DNA from: Balanoglossus misakiensis
Lineage: Eukaryota > Animalia > Hemichordata
Reading direction: 5' to 3'
Length of the DNA: 64,000 nucleotides
Assembly (NCBI GenBank): GCA_040954595.2
Contig: JBECUI020000031.1
Coordinates: forward strand, 235,417 to 299,416
Position 1 is the first letter of the stretch. Each line of letters starts with the position of its first letter. The notes below the pieces were generated by a model. That model ran no database searches, was not told where the DNA came from, and worked only from the letters and a program-made list of their open reading frames with translations. The position numbers and the translations under genes were made by a program. Positions 42,667 to 53,035 of this stretch are shown here, in pieces.

Positions 42667-43953
42667 TTAAAGGAAAAACTTCAAAACAAAGAAAACACCT
42701 ATAACATAGGTAGGAATGGGAATTTCACGGGCCTTCCCTGTAAGAAGTTTCAAGAGCACATAGGCAAGCACACCAAACACTATACCTTCAGCAATACTGT
42801 AGGCCAAGGGCATCATGACAAAAGTCAAAAATGCCGGAATAGCCTCGCTATAATCCTCAAAGTCGATTTCTTTGATTGGTGTCAGCATGAAGAGCCCTAC
42901 CAGTATCAGCGCCGGTGCCGTGGCAGCCCCAGGTATCAGAAGGAAAAGAGGGCTCAGGAAGAGAGCTATCAAGAACATCCCAGCAGTCACTAGGGCCGTA
43001 AGTCCAGTCCGTCCCCCTTCTTCAACGCCTGCAGCACTTTCCACATACGTGGTGACCGTGCTCGTTCCTATCATGGCTCCGACAGTGGTTCCAACGGCAT
43101 CGGCAAAAAGGGCCTGTTTTACGCGCGGAATTTTTCCATCCTGGTCAAGAATCTTGGCCTTGGTGGCAACCCCGATCAGGGTTCCTACCGTATCGAACAT
43201 ATCTACCAAAAGGAAGGTAAAGAGAACAAGAAGCATATCCAAGGTGAAAATTTTGTCCCATTCAAATTTAAACAAAATGGGCGAAAGGCTGGAGGGTAAG
43301 CTGAATACCTGGAAGTTCTGAAGATTGGTAATTCCAAGAGGAATACCCACTATGGTCCCTGCCACTATACCTAAAAGCAAGGCACCCTTTACCTTGAATA
43401 CCAGCAATATCCCTGTAAACAGAAGGCCAATCAAAGCGACACCAGCCCCAGGGCCAATGCTTCCCAAGGCAAGAGGAGTGCCTTCTCCCTGAACAATGAT
43501 GCCAGCATTATTCAAACCGATAAAGGTAATGAACAACCCGATTCCAACAGAGATGGCTCGTTTGATGTTTACGGGTATGGAATTGATAATTGCTTCTCGT
43601 ACATTTAAAAAAGTAAGAAGAAGAAATATTATTCCTTCCAGAAAAACAGCGGTAAGAGCAAACTGCCAAGAATATCCCATGCCAATGACAACAGTAAAGG
43701 CAAAGAAGGCATTGAGGCCCATACCAGGGGCTAAAGCAAAGGGTAAACGCGCCACCAGGGCCATAACCAAAGTAGCTATCAGAGACGCCAGAGCTGTGGC
43801 CGTGAATAGAGCCCCAGAATCCATACCTGTCTCGCTGAGGATAAGGGGATTCACAATCAAAATATATGCCATGGTAAGGAAGGTCGTAATACCAGCAATA
43901 ACTTCTGTTTTGACTGTGGACCCTCTTTCCGAAATTCTAAAAAATTTATCCAT
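42667..43953 (-). CDS. NCS2/AzgA-family purine permease
   Basis: AGITTFLTMAYI, APGMGLNAFF, DMFDTVGTL, TTYVESAAG; start MDKFF after GGAG. Confidence 0.92.
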   Translation of the reverse strand: MDKFFRISERGSTVKTEVIAGITTFLTMAYILIVNPLILSETGMDSGALFTATALASLIATLVMALVARLPFALAPGMGLNAFFAFTVVIGMGYSWQFALTAVFLEGIIFLLLTFLNVREAIINSIPVNIKRAISVGIGLFITFIGLNNAGIIVQGEGTPLALGSIGPGAGVALIGLLFTGILLVFKVKGALLLGIVAGTIVGIPLGITNLQNFQVFSLPSSLSPILFKFEWDKIFTLDMLLVLFTFLLVDMFDTVGTLIGVATKAKILDQDGKIPRVKQALFADAVGTTVGAMIGTSTVTTYVESAAGVEEGGRTGLTALVTAGMFLIALFLSPLFLLIPGAATAPALILVGLFMLTPIKEIDFEDYSEAIPAFLTFVMMPLAYSIAEGIVFGVLAYVLLKLLTGKAREIPIPTYVIGVFFVLKFFL

Positions 43954-44135
43954 AACTTCTCCTTTTGATTTATTCGTATGTTTTTTTGCTGCTCCCACTA
44001 TTCAACTAGGAGCCCTTCCTTTCTATCACAGTCCCGCTATTTGTTCAATCAAAATTTTAAGAATACGTATAAAAACTAACAAAATATAACTAAATCCCTT
44101 TGTTTCCCCAGTTGCAGGAAACGAGAAGATCCTCC

Positions 44136-45413
44136 TCAAGGGAGCAAACTTCGGGCCTCCAGGTAATAACGTTTCTCCACCGCCTCACCAATACTGAAGG
44201 TCTTGCGGGGGAAAGACCCCTGAGTAATAATTCTATCAAAGAAGCTCGCCTTATCTATCGGAGGCATAATAAAGCCTAGTGATTCAGAAGAGTCAACCAA
44301 CTCCCCCACAGCTCCTTCTCCATGGATATAGTCAATCTGAATGTCTTTTTTATCCGCTATTACGGCGTCTAGAACTTCCTGCAGAATTTCTACGGTAAGC
44401 TTTCCCGGAGAAACCCGGAAGGTCCAACTCTCCTCTCTTCCTGGAAGAAGCACTCCAAGACGCCCATGGCCTTCAGGGACCGGACTCTCTGCCTTCCCTC
44501 CCGGGGAAGAGCTGGCCCCCAGGGCAGTTTTAATTTCCTCTCCCACGCCCTTGACACCAGAACCATAAAGCAAGCGGTGAATAGGGTGGAAAACCAGCCC
44601 GGGATCGTGAATATTTTCAACTTCCACCAGAGCAAAACGGGTAGGATGATCTAAGCTCACCCCCTCGGCCTTCTTCTCCAGCCAGATTCCCCGGGCCGAA
44701 GCCAGTGAATGATTCCCATCCCCAACGGCAAAGAGGAGATCCCGACGCAGAGCCAAAGACTCAAGCGCCTCAGCCACCGGAGCCAGGGCTTTTTCTCCAG
44801 TGAGATGCCAGCCCTTAATTCTTCCACCACCCTGAATAAGATCGCAATCGTAGATCGGTTTGTCTGCTTGGGCAGCTACAGCCGCACTCATCACCAGATT
44901 GTCGGGATCGTCAATAAGGAGTAAGACATGAGACAAGTCCAGTGCGGCCCCTCTCCTTATAGCCATGCGGGGGGGAAGTCGATCCTGGACGGTCCCTTCG
45001 GTAGGACGAATAAGGCTTGAGGAGCCTCCAGAAGGGTCGTAAGCCTCAAGATCCACAGCCACAACCAGGCCCTGGCGAGAAGACACATAAGGAGTGCTAC
45101 GTTCCACATGCAAGAAGCCTGGAGGAAGAGGGCTAAGCAGCTTCTCCTTAAGATAGCCGCGCATGGTCCTGTTAACCTGCTCTACCCGCTTCTCAACATC
45201 CCCTTCTTCCAGATAGCTTTCCGGTATAATCAGATTCAACGTGGAGACACTCTCGCCCACCAATCCTCTGGTCTCTTCCCAATACGCTCTTTCTGAGGTA
45301 AATTGATCGCAGGCTATTATCGCCCAGGTTTGCAAAGGCACAGATGGGCCTGGAAGAAAAATCTCTGGAACACCCAGCCCCAAACGGGAGAAACGTTTAC
45401 TAAGGAAGGCCAT
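44136..45413 (-). CDS. DUF1015-family protein
   Basis: IACDQFTS, IRPTEGTV, FAVGDGNHSLA, DYIHG, PRKTFSIG; usually linked to serC. Confidence 0.85.
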   Translation of the reverse strand: MAFLSKRFSRLGLGVPEIFLPGPSVPLQTWAIIACDQFTSERAYWEETRGLVGESVSTLNLIIPESYLEEGDVEKRVEQVNRTMRGYLKEKLLSPLPPGFLHVERSTPYVSSRQGLVVAVDLEAYDPSGGSSSLIRPTEGTVQDRLPPRMAIRRGAALDLSHVLLLIDDPDNLVMSAAVAAQADKPIYDCDLIQGGGRIKGWHLTGEKALAPVAEALESLALRRDLLFAVGDGNHSLASARGIWLEKKAEGVSLDHPTRFALVEVENIHDPGLVFHPIHRLLYGSGVKGVGEEIKTALGASSSPGGKAESPVPEGHGRLGVLLPGREESWTFRVSPGKLTVEILQEVLDAVIADKKDIQIDYIHGEGAVGELVDSSESLGFIMPPIDKASFFDRIITQGSFPRKTFSIGEAVEKRYYLEARSLLP

Positions 45414-45414
45414 A

Positions 45415-45894
45415 TCAACTCCCTTTATCATTTTCATCATCTTCTGGAGTATATATATAAGGGACCTTAATATTGAAACCCTTATAAACCACAAAAGTTT
45501 CCACAGAACTAATACCGGAAACAGAAGAAAGCTCGTTTGCCAAGAACTCAAGCAGGTCATAACCTTTTTTCAAGTGAACCGTTACTAGCAGGTCATAGCG
45601 GCCTGTTACCACCCCCACACTGACAACCCGGGGAAAGCGGCTGATTTCTTCGCCCTTGGAAAGATAGTTCAAACCTTTAAGCTTGATACCTATATAAACG
45701 ATGCGATGTCCCACCATGGATTCGGGAATAATATGGGCCGATATAGACAAGATTCCATTTTCCTGAAGCTTGCCTAACCGTGCTTTAACGGTGTTCTCCG
45801 ATACCCCCACAGCCATGGAAATCTTCTTGTATGATTTGCGCCCATCAATCAGGTGGCTGAGAATACGCTTATCAAGCTTATTCAGTTCAAGCAT
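45415..45894 (-). CDS. Lrp/AsnC-family regulator
   Basis: LDKRIL...DGRKSY...GVSENTVKAR...VTGRYDL. Confidence 0.9.
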   Translation of the reverse strand: MLELNKLDKRILSHLIDGRKSYKKISMAVGVSENTVKARLGKLQENGILSISAHIIPESMVGHRIVYIGIKLKGLNYLSKGEEISRFPRVVSVGVVTGRYDLLVTVHLKKGYDLLEFLANELSSVSGISSVETFVVYKGFNIKVPYIYTPEDDENDKGS

Positions 45895-45902
45895 CTGCTA
45901 TC

Positions 45903-46988
45903 TCAACGATTTCTTGATGCAAAGTCAGCCATAAAGGATATAAGGGCCTGAACCCCCTCTCTCCTCATGGCATTGTAGAAGGAAGCCCGGCAACCTCCTG
46001 TGTCCCTGTGTCCCTTAAGGCCTACAAGACCTTTCTTGGCCGCTTCCTTTATAAAAGCAGCATCCATCTCTGCTGTGGGCAGGCTGAAAATTATGTTCAT
46101 CTCCGAAGCCACCTTCCTATCTACGGGAGACCGATAGAAACCATCGGAGTTGTCTATGGCTTCGTAAAGAAGGGAAGACTGATACCTATTCTCCTCTTCA
46201 ATAACCTTAAAACCACCCTGTTTCTTTACCCATTCCAGAACAAGTTTCATGGTCCAAATGGCAAAAATGGGGGGGGTGTTATAAATGGAATTCTTCTTGG
46301 CATGGACCTTGTAGCTCAAATAGGACCCAAGATTGTCCGGCGAACGGTTCAGAAGCTCATTGCGAATAATTACCACCGTAACCCCGGCGGTGCCAATATT
46401 TTTCTGGGCTCCTCCATAAATGACCCCAAAGCGTTCTACCGGAACAGGACGGCTCAGAATATCGCTGCTCATATCGCAGACCAAAGGAACGCCACCAGTA
46501 TCGGGCCAGGTTTTCCACTGGATTCCTCCAATAGTCTCATTGGAGGTAATATGAAGATAAGCCGAACCTAAAGAAGGTTTTATGGTGGCTGGGTCAGGAA
46601 GAGTGGTATAATTATTCTCCTTACCGTCATAGAGCACATTGACTTCTCCAGCCTTAGCAGAGTCCTGATAGGCCTTTAGGGACCAGGAACCGGTAAGGGT
46701 AAAGTCACACTTTCCCCCCGGTGCCATAAGATTAAGAGGCAACATAGCAAATTGTAAGGATGCCCCCCCACCTATCAGCAATACTGAATAGTCATTAGGC
46801 ACTTCCAGAAGCTCACGTAGAAGAGCAATAGCTTCATTGTGAACCGCATCATAGATGCCGCTTCGATGACTGGTTTCTATTAAGGAAAGTCCTGTATCTT
46901 CAAAACTTACCACTTGGTCGCGAAGGGTTTCCAGAACTTCCTGGGGAAGCATTGAAGGTCCCGCATAAAAATTTATAGGCCGACTCAC
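45903..46988 (-). CDS. serC: Phosphoserine aminotransferase
   Basis: NFYAGP, ETSHRS, GGASLQF, SNETIGG, DMSS, GAQKN, NTPP, KGHR..GG.RAS.YN. Confidence 0.95.
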   Translation of the reverse strand: MSRPINFYAGPSMLPQEVLETLRDQVVSFEDTGLSLIETSHRSGIYDAVHNEAIALLRELLEVPNDYSVLLIGGGASLQFAMLPLNLMAPGGKCDFTLTGSWSLKAYQDSAKAGEVNVLYDGKENNYTTLPDPATIKPSLGSAYLHITSNETIGGIQWKTWPDTGGVPLVCDMSSDILSRPVPVERFGVIYGGAQKNIGTAGVTVVIIRNELLNRSPDNLGSYLSYKVHAKKNSIYNTPPIFAIWTMKLVLEWVKKQGGFKVIEEENRYQSSLLYEAIDNSDGFYRSPVDRKVASEMNIIFSLPTAEMDAAFIKEAAKKGLVGLKGHRDTGGCRASFYNAMRREGVQALISFMADFASRNR

Positions 46989-47175
46989 TGATTACTCCTT
47001 TTAAAAATAATATCAGGCATAAAATACAATTGGAACAGAATAGAAAAAAAAGAAGTTCTCTGTCAATTCAAAGCTTATTAGAGGCATACTTTAAAGGACA
47101 GGAGTTCCTCCAAAAGCCTGGAATCTGCCTAAAAACTCGGGAACTACCCGGTCTTAAGGAAGGATTCAAGGCTCT

Positions 47176-48192
47176 CTATGAGAATAGAAAGTTGTGCACA
47201 CTTTGTGGTATTTCTATTCCTTCCCTAAGAGATTGTTCCATTTTTTGCTGTTCAATTTCCCCTGGAATCAACACTTTGCTGAAACCTGGAGCCACCGGTT
47301 GACGGTGTAGTTCGTCAATCATCCTCTGTGTTCTTGCCAGAAAATCCTCTAAAGAACCGAACACAGAAGGATCAATAACAAGAAGGAAGTTGGAAATATC
47401 CCGGTACACATCCATATCCTTATACATTTTTTTCAAATGTGGCCCAAAAACACCGCCAATAAGCAAACCGGTAAAGACCTCTACCATAAGGTTAATCCCG
47501 TAACCTTTTGGGCTTCCGCCAAAAGGAAAAAGGGCCCGAGCCTTAAGGGGGTCGGTGCAACTTTGACCATCGGCATCCACGGCCCAGTTTTCTGGAATGG
47601 GCACCCCTCTCTCCTGCGCATAAAAAATCTTACCAAAAGCCACCTCACTGGTGGCCATATCCAGAAGGAAAGAATCCTTTTCTCCAGGACAGCCAAAGGC
47701 AAGGGGATTAGTGCCCAAATAAGGCATACTTCCGCCATAGGGTACAACACAGGAATCGGTGTTCACCAAAGCCAGGGCCGCCATTCTGGCATCCAAGGCC
47801 ATTTGCACATAATAGGCAAGGGAAGCACAGTGACTGTTGTTTTTTATTCCTACCAGGCCCATACCCTCTTCCCGGGCAATCTCGAGGGCTTCTTCCATGG
47901 CAAGCTTTGTTGAAACGATCCCTATCCCCCCTTGAGCATCCATCATAGCTATGCTGGGCTTAACTCTTTTCACAGGAAAAACCGCATGGAGATTGAGACC
48001 ACCAGCCATAATTCTCTTGCGGTAGTGTTCCACTCGAAGCACCCCATGGGAATGCACCCCCCTAAGATCAGCATAGACCAAGGCATCCGCCACAACGCCA
48101 GCATGCTCCTGTCCTACCCCCACCTCAGTCAAACGCTTGATCACCATGTTCCTTAAGTCAGGTTCCCTTACTCTTAGCATATCATCAGGCAT
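47176..48192 (-). CDS. allD: Ureidoglycolate dehydrogenase (Ldh_2 family)
   Basis: ADLRGVHSHG.LR, NNSHC, GTNPLAF, DMATS, KGYG, PGE; purine context. Confidence 0.72.
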   Translation of the reverse strand: MPDDMLRVREPDLRNMVIKRLTEVGVGQEHAGVVADALVYADLRGVHSHGVLRVEHYRKRIMAGGLNLHAVFPVKRVKPSIAMMDAQGGIGIVSTKLAMEEALEIAREEGMGLVGIKNNSHCASLAYYVQMALDARMAALALVNTDSCVVPYGGSMPYLGTNPLAFGCPGEKDSFLLDMATSEVAFGKIFYAQERGVPIPENWAVDADGQSCTDPLKARALFPFGGSPKGYGINLMVEVFTGLLIGGVFGPHLKKMYKDMDVYRDISNFLLVIDPSVFGSLEDFLARTQRMIDELHRQPVAPGFSKVLIPGEIEQQKMEQSLREGIEIPQSVHNFLFS

Positions 48193-48555
48193 TATAACTC
48201 CCTAAAAACCAGAAATACAGACCCCAGGCGGTCTTAATCAAAACTTTTGGCCCCCACAGGATTTCCAACCCAAGAATAAAACAACAGTTATTTTCTTGAT
48301 TTCTCAATCTCAAGAGACAACTCAAGCCCTTATCGAGCCACAAGAAACCCCGCTCTGACAAAACTCATTCTAACGATACTTCATCTTCCCCTACGGATAA
48401 GCAAATTCTCTCTTGAAGCCTTAGCTTCGGTCAAGGGCTACAGCCCTCAACGTTAACCAGAAACCAGGAAGACCATCAAAGGCAGTCTTAAAAACCAAGA
48501 CAAATACCCGAAAGTTCCTTTACAATCTTATGAGGAAGTACTAAAAGGAAAAACC

Positions 48556-50205
48556 ATGAATGTCTTTGCCGAAGCGGCCCGTCTGGAGGCGGCCAACGAA
48601 GCTTTTGCCTTTGCCACCATTATAGAAGCCAAGGGCTCGGTTCCCCGCAACAGCGGAAGAATGCTTATCCGGAAAAACGGAGATATCGCCGGCACCATAG
48701 GAGGGGGCCTCTTAGAAGCCACCGTTATTTCTCAGGCCCTCGAAGCCCTGGCCGAGGGCCGTCCTCGAAGCCTTCGACGTCATTTAATTTCTCGAAAAGA
48801 AGGCCGCTGCACCGTAGAAGCAGGGGGAAAAACCATTCGGGAATGGAATACCGAACTCGAAAAAGCCGAAAGCGAAGCCAGAGAACCCGGAGGCAGCATT
48901 ACCATCTCCATCGATGTGGTACAGGAAAAACCCCACCTCGTGCTCATAGGAGGAGGCCATATAAGCCTGGCCATTGCCACCGCAGCTGTGCCTCTAGGCT
49001 TTGCCCTTAGCATAGCAGAAAATAGAGCCGAATTTTGCACACCCCAACGCTTCCCCATGACCCAGGACCTCCATTACCGACAAGATCTTCTAAAAGCCAT
49101 TGCCGAGATAGACATCGACAGCAACACCAGTGTGGTCATTGCCTCCATGGATCAAGACAAGCAAGCCCTGGAAATTCTAGCCCCCTCCCCAGCGGCCTAC
49201 CTGGGCCTGTTATCCAGCAAACGCAAAGCCTCCAAAATTCTTTCAGAACTGAGAGATTCTGGACTTCCCCCTTTGGCATTAGAACGTGTGCGGGCTCCCA
49301 TGGGCCTGGATATTGGCGCCGAAACCCCAGCAGAAATTGCCATTAGCGTCCTGGCTGAAATTCTCTCCGTACAGCGGGGCCATACCCCCCGGTCTCTGAG
49401 TAAGATGACCCATGACCTGGTACTTATCCGCGGAGGGGGGGACTTGGCCACTGGCGTCGCCTGGCGTCTGAAACGCTGTGGCTTTACCGTTGTCATTCTG
49501 GAAGTTCCCAAACCCATGGCCATACGCAGAAATCTTGCCTTTGCCCAGGCTCTCTATGATGACAAAATCTGCGTAGAGGGCCTAATGGCCAGAAAAGCAA
49601 GGCATAAGGCCGAAGTCTATGAAATTCTGGAGGCCGGCGACATTCCCGTTCTCGAAGATCCTGACGCCGAGTCCCTCAGCACCCTGAACCCCGCCATAGT
49701 GGTGGACGCAATCCTGGCCAAACGAAACCTAGGCACGCACCGCGCCATGGCCCCCATCACCATTGCCCTGGGGCCGGGATTTACTGCCGGAAAAGACGTG
49801 GATGCCGTAATAGAAACCCATCGGGGCCATAACCTGGGCCGGGTAATAGAAGAAGGCTCCGCCATCCCCGACACCGGCATACCCGGCAGCATTGGAGGAG
49901 AAAGCACCAAACGGGTTCTGCGGGCTCCTGTCGACGGAATTTGGAAACCCCTGGCCTCCATTGGCGATCTACTAAGCCAGGGGCAGCTACTAGGCCGAAT
50001 CGGCACACAAGAAATCCGATCACCCTTTAATGGACTCCTCCGAGGAATCCTAGCAAGCGATCTTAACATTAGCAAAAACACCAAAATAGGAGACGTGGAC
50101 CCCCGGGGAAACAACGTTGACTACCAGAAAATCTCCGACAAGTCCAGAGCCGTAGCGGGAGGAGTCTTGGAAGCCATCCTTCTCCTGAAGACAAGGAGAA
50201 ACTAG
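48556..50205 (+). CDS. yqeB: XdhC-domain + EF2563/YqeB selenium-dependent molybdenum hydroxylase accessory protein
   Basis: KGSVPR, GTIGGG..E, GLDIGAETPAEIA, then RGGGDLATG, DAILAKRNLGT, ETHRGHNLG, KIGDVDPR, ISDKSRAVAGGVLE. Confidence 0.88.
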   Translation: MNVFAEAARLEAANEAFAFATIIEAKGSVPRNSGRMLIRKNGDIAGTIGGGLLEATVISQALEALAEGRPRSLRRHLISRKEGRCTVEAGGKTIREWNTELEKAESEAREPGGSITISIDVVQEKPHLVLIGGGHISLAIATAAVPLGFALSIAENRAEFCTPQRFPMTQDLHYRQDLLKAIAEIDIDSNTSVVIASMDQDKQALEILAPSPAAYLGLLSSKRKASKILSELRDSGLPPLALERVRAPMGLDIGAETPAEIAISVLAEILSVQRGHTPRSLSKMTHDLVLIRGGGDLATGVAWRLKRCGFTVVILEVPKPMAIRRNLAFAQALYDDKICVEGLMARKARHKAEVYEILEAGDIPVLEDPDAESLSTLNPAIVVDAILAKRNLGTHRAMAPITIALGPGFTAGKDVDAVIETHRGHNLGRVIEEGSAIPDTGIPGSIGGESTKRVLRAPVDGIWKPLASIGDLLSQGQLLGRIGTQEIRSPFNGLLRGILASDLNISKNTKIGDVDPRGNNVDYQKISDKSRAVAGGVLEAILLLKTRRN

Positions 50206-50286
50206 TTAGGAGCCTGACAAGCAGCCATCGAGACCCTTAAGAGCCGCTGACGGCAGACACCCCCCAGTCCGAGCCAAGCCCGATGC

Positions 50287-51342
50287 TTACACTTTCATAA
50301 AGGAATCCACCAAAGCAAGAGAAAGCTCCCGTCCCTCTCCCGGCGGCAGAACCTCCCCTAAATCCCCCCGTCCCTGCCTTAGAATCGCCCGTCCCCGCTC
50401 CGCAGCAGCCTCCAGTGCCCCGGAATTCTTAAGAAGACTCACCATCTCCCTTACCACAGAAAGGTCACCCCGGAGAGACTCCCCAGAAGCCCGGCGAAAC
50501 AAAACGGCAAGCCTCTCCCTATCCTCCGGACAACGTTCTAAATGAACAAGCACAGGGAAACTCTTTTTCCCCTCCACCACATCCTCTCCCCAGTCCTTCC
50601 CGGAATTCCCCTCAGTCAGGTTCTTCACATCATCAAAAACCTGGAAACCCAGCCCCAGGGTTTCCCAGATCTTCCCCACCCGGCAAACATCCTGCTCGCT
50701 GGCCCCAGCGGCCCGGGCCCCCCCCCTAGCCGCCAGCCAGGACAGCCCCCCAGTTTTAAACCGGCACATCTGGAAATAAGCCTCCACTGAAGGGAAAAGG
50801 TTTTTTTGATTGTGCCAGAGAATATCCAGGCCCTGCCCAAAATGAAGCCGCCTCATGGCCACATGATAATCCTCCCGGATTCCCTGAAGCCTGGCCTGAT
50901 TAAGACCACAGGAATCTATAAGAAGAACAGGCAGAAAATACATCAGGTTTCCCACATTCAGCGCAAGGTCCACACCAAATTCCAAATGGATGGCAGGCCC
51001 TCCCCGCCGCCGCCGCCCCCCATCCTCAACATCATCCACAATAAGACTTCCATTGTGAGGAATCTCCGTCAGCGCCGCCAGAGGATCAGCAGCCCTCCCC
51101 CCCCCAAAAGCCTCACAAGTAAGAAGAGTCACAAGAGGGCGCCAGTGCTTTCCACCCCGATTTAAAAGTTCACGTCCAGGCCTTAGAAAATCTTCCACCC
51201 AGCTAAGCTTAATATCAGGAACATCCTGCCCAGCCATCGCCCTGAACCACTGGGCGCTCACTGTTTGGGGAAAAACCTCCGCCAGAACGCCCTCAATACG
51301 ATTCAAATAAGGGGCATAAGCATTCATGAAGCTAGTATCCAA
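50287..51342 (-). CDS. Polyprenyl synthetase (GGPP-synthase-like)
   Basis: GGKHWRP, SLIVDDVED, RRG.P, GQGLD, KTG, FQVFDD, EDVVEGKKS. Confidence 0.88.
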   Translation of the reverse strand: MDTSFMNAYAPYLNRIEGVLAEVFPQTVSAQWFRAMAGQDVPDIKLSWVEDFLRPGRELLNRGGKHWRPLVTLLTCEAFGGGRAADPLAALTEIPHNGSLIVDDVEDGGRRRRGGPAIHLEFGVDLALNVGNLMYFLPVLLIDSCGLNQARLQGIREDYHVAMRRLHFGQGLDILWHNQKNLFPSVEAYFQMCRFKTGGLSWLAARGGARAAGASEQDVCRVGKIWETLGLGFQVFDDVKNLTEGNSGKDWGEDVVEGKKSFPVLVHLERCPEDRERLAVLFRRASGESLRGDLSVVREMVSLLKNSGALEAAAERGRAILRQGRGDLGEVLPPGEGRELSLALVDSFMKV

Positions 51343-51464
51343 TGAAGTCAGCGTAATTGCCTAGCCCTGACATCCTCATTCTAAACAGGAGCTACTCCAT
51401 AAGCCCAGCCAAATCACTCATAAACTTTCCACATTGCCAAGTACAGCATTCTCATCCTTTTTTT

Positions 51465-51536
51465 GGGCGTCCGGGCGGGCTTTCCGGGGCTTCGGTCCTA
51501 CGGACCGCCTTCGGCGCCCCTTCAATCCCTGACGCG
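51465..51536. repeat. GC-rich branched hairpin element (REP-like), intergenic
   Basis: GCGTC..GACGC outer stem, GGGGC/GCCCC, CGGTCC-tac-GGACCG, GCC-ttc-GGC. Confidence 0.5.
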
Positions 51537-51801
51537 GGGGGAGACCCATGAGCTTTTAAAAAAACCAGGAAATGAACCATCAGGCTGAATTAGAAGTTCT
51601 TCCACGGCCCAGGTTTAAAACAGGTAGAAGGGGTAGGTACCAGACTGGCGAAGCGCCGGTTATCGGCAGGCCGTTCAAAGTTCCATGACACAACTTACTT
51701 CTCTTAGCTGCCCCAAGCTTACAGCACCGCCCACAATACCGAAGCTACACAGGTGATACTCCCAGCTCTCAAAAGAATAGCCAAAGGATACCCCGACAAT
51801 C

Positions 51802-52834
51802 TCATCGATCCTCTTCAAACTCTCTTAAAGCTGCCCCAACTTGGTCCACATCTTTTTCAGAAACATCCCTATGAGCCACAAAGCGAAAAACTCTCCCTTT
51901 AGAAGGGTAGGTAAGAATCCCCTTTTTCCGAAGAAAATCTAAAAACCGCAGCTCCTGTTCCGCCTCCCCCTTACACAGCCGGAAAAAAACCATATTGATC
52001 TCCGGGATTAGGATTCAGAACCTCAAAGCTCGAACCTTGCACAAGAATCTGAGCCAGTTTCCTGGCCTTCTGATGATCCTCTTCCAAACGGAGACGTTCC
52101 TGTTTCAAGGCCACCAGCCCTGCGGCTGCTAAAATGCCCACCTGACGCATGGCACCACCCATGATTTTCCTGTAGTATCTGGCCTGTTCCACAAAGTCAC
52201 TTTCCCCACAGAGCAAGCTGCCCACCGGTGCGGCCAGCCCCTTGGACAAGCAGAACATAACCGAAGCCATTCCCTTAGCAACCACCCCCGCCCCCACTCC
52301 TAGATGGACAGCGGCATTGAAAATACGGGCACCATCCAGATGGATGGGAATCCCCGCCTCCTGGGCTCCAAGACAAATTGAATCGACAACATCGAGGGGT
52401 TGGACCCTACCATCTGAAAGAGCATTTTCAAGACAGATCAGGGAAGACACAGGTAAATGTATATTGCGGGTGCTTCTTATCCGAGAAGCAATGTCCTGCC
52501 AGCACAGCCAGGACCCCGCTGGAGCAATGGTCCGCATAAAAGCCGCACTGATATAAGCCGAAGCCCCCGCTTCGTGCTGAATAATGTGGGTATTCTCAGA
52601 CACGTAAACCTCTCCCCCCCGTTGGGTATGAGTCAGCAAGGCCAACTGGTTCCCAAAAGTGCCAGAAGGAACAAAGATTGCCGCAGGCTTGCCTAATAGC
52701 TCGGCGGCCATTTCCTCCAACTTGCGCACAGTGGGATCTTCCCTAACCATATCATCTCCCACTTCAGCTTCAGCCATGGCCTTTCTCATAGCCGGGGTGG
52801 GTTTCGTTACCGTATCCGAACGTAAATCTATCAT
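51802..52834 (-). CDS. ltaE: Low-specificity L-threonine aldolase, one frameshift near 51990
   Basis: IDLRSDTVTKPT, GDD..REDPT, HLDGARIFNA, FCLSKGL.APVG, GGAMRQ.G. Confidence 0.9.
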
Positions 52835-53035
52835 GGGAACCTCTCCTTAACGTATTTCATCCAGGAAATTTCTCATTACTCAAGGAAAATTTTCCTGCAC
52901 AATAAAACCTAAGACACCCTGATATTTGCAGAAACGCCGGGTATAGAAGTAAACCCGAAATCGCTGTCTGGTTGACATAGGAAAATCTTAGCTAGTAAAC
53001 TACCTTTTATCCACGTTTTTATAAGTAGGTTTATT

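Noticed and set aside
43954-44135. Purine riboswitch upstream of the NCS2 permease
   Set aside because: The purine aptamer consensus (TATAA...ATATGG...GTTTCTACC) is not present.
44136-45560. 474-aa version of the DUF1015 ORF
   Set aside because: It overlaps the Lrp gene; the ATG at 45413 with a GGAG RBS fits better.
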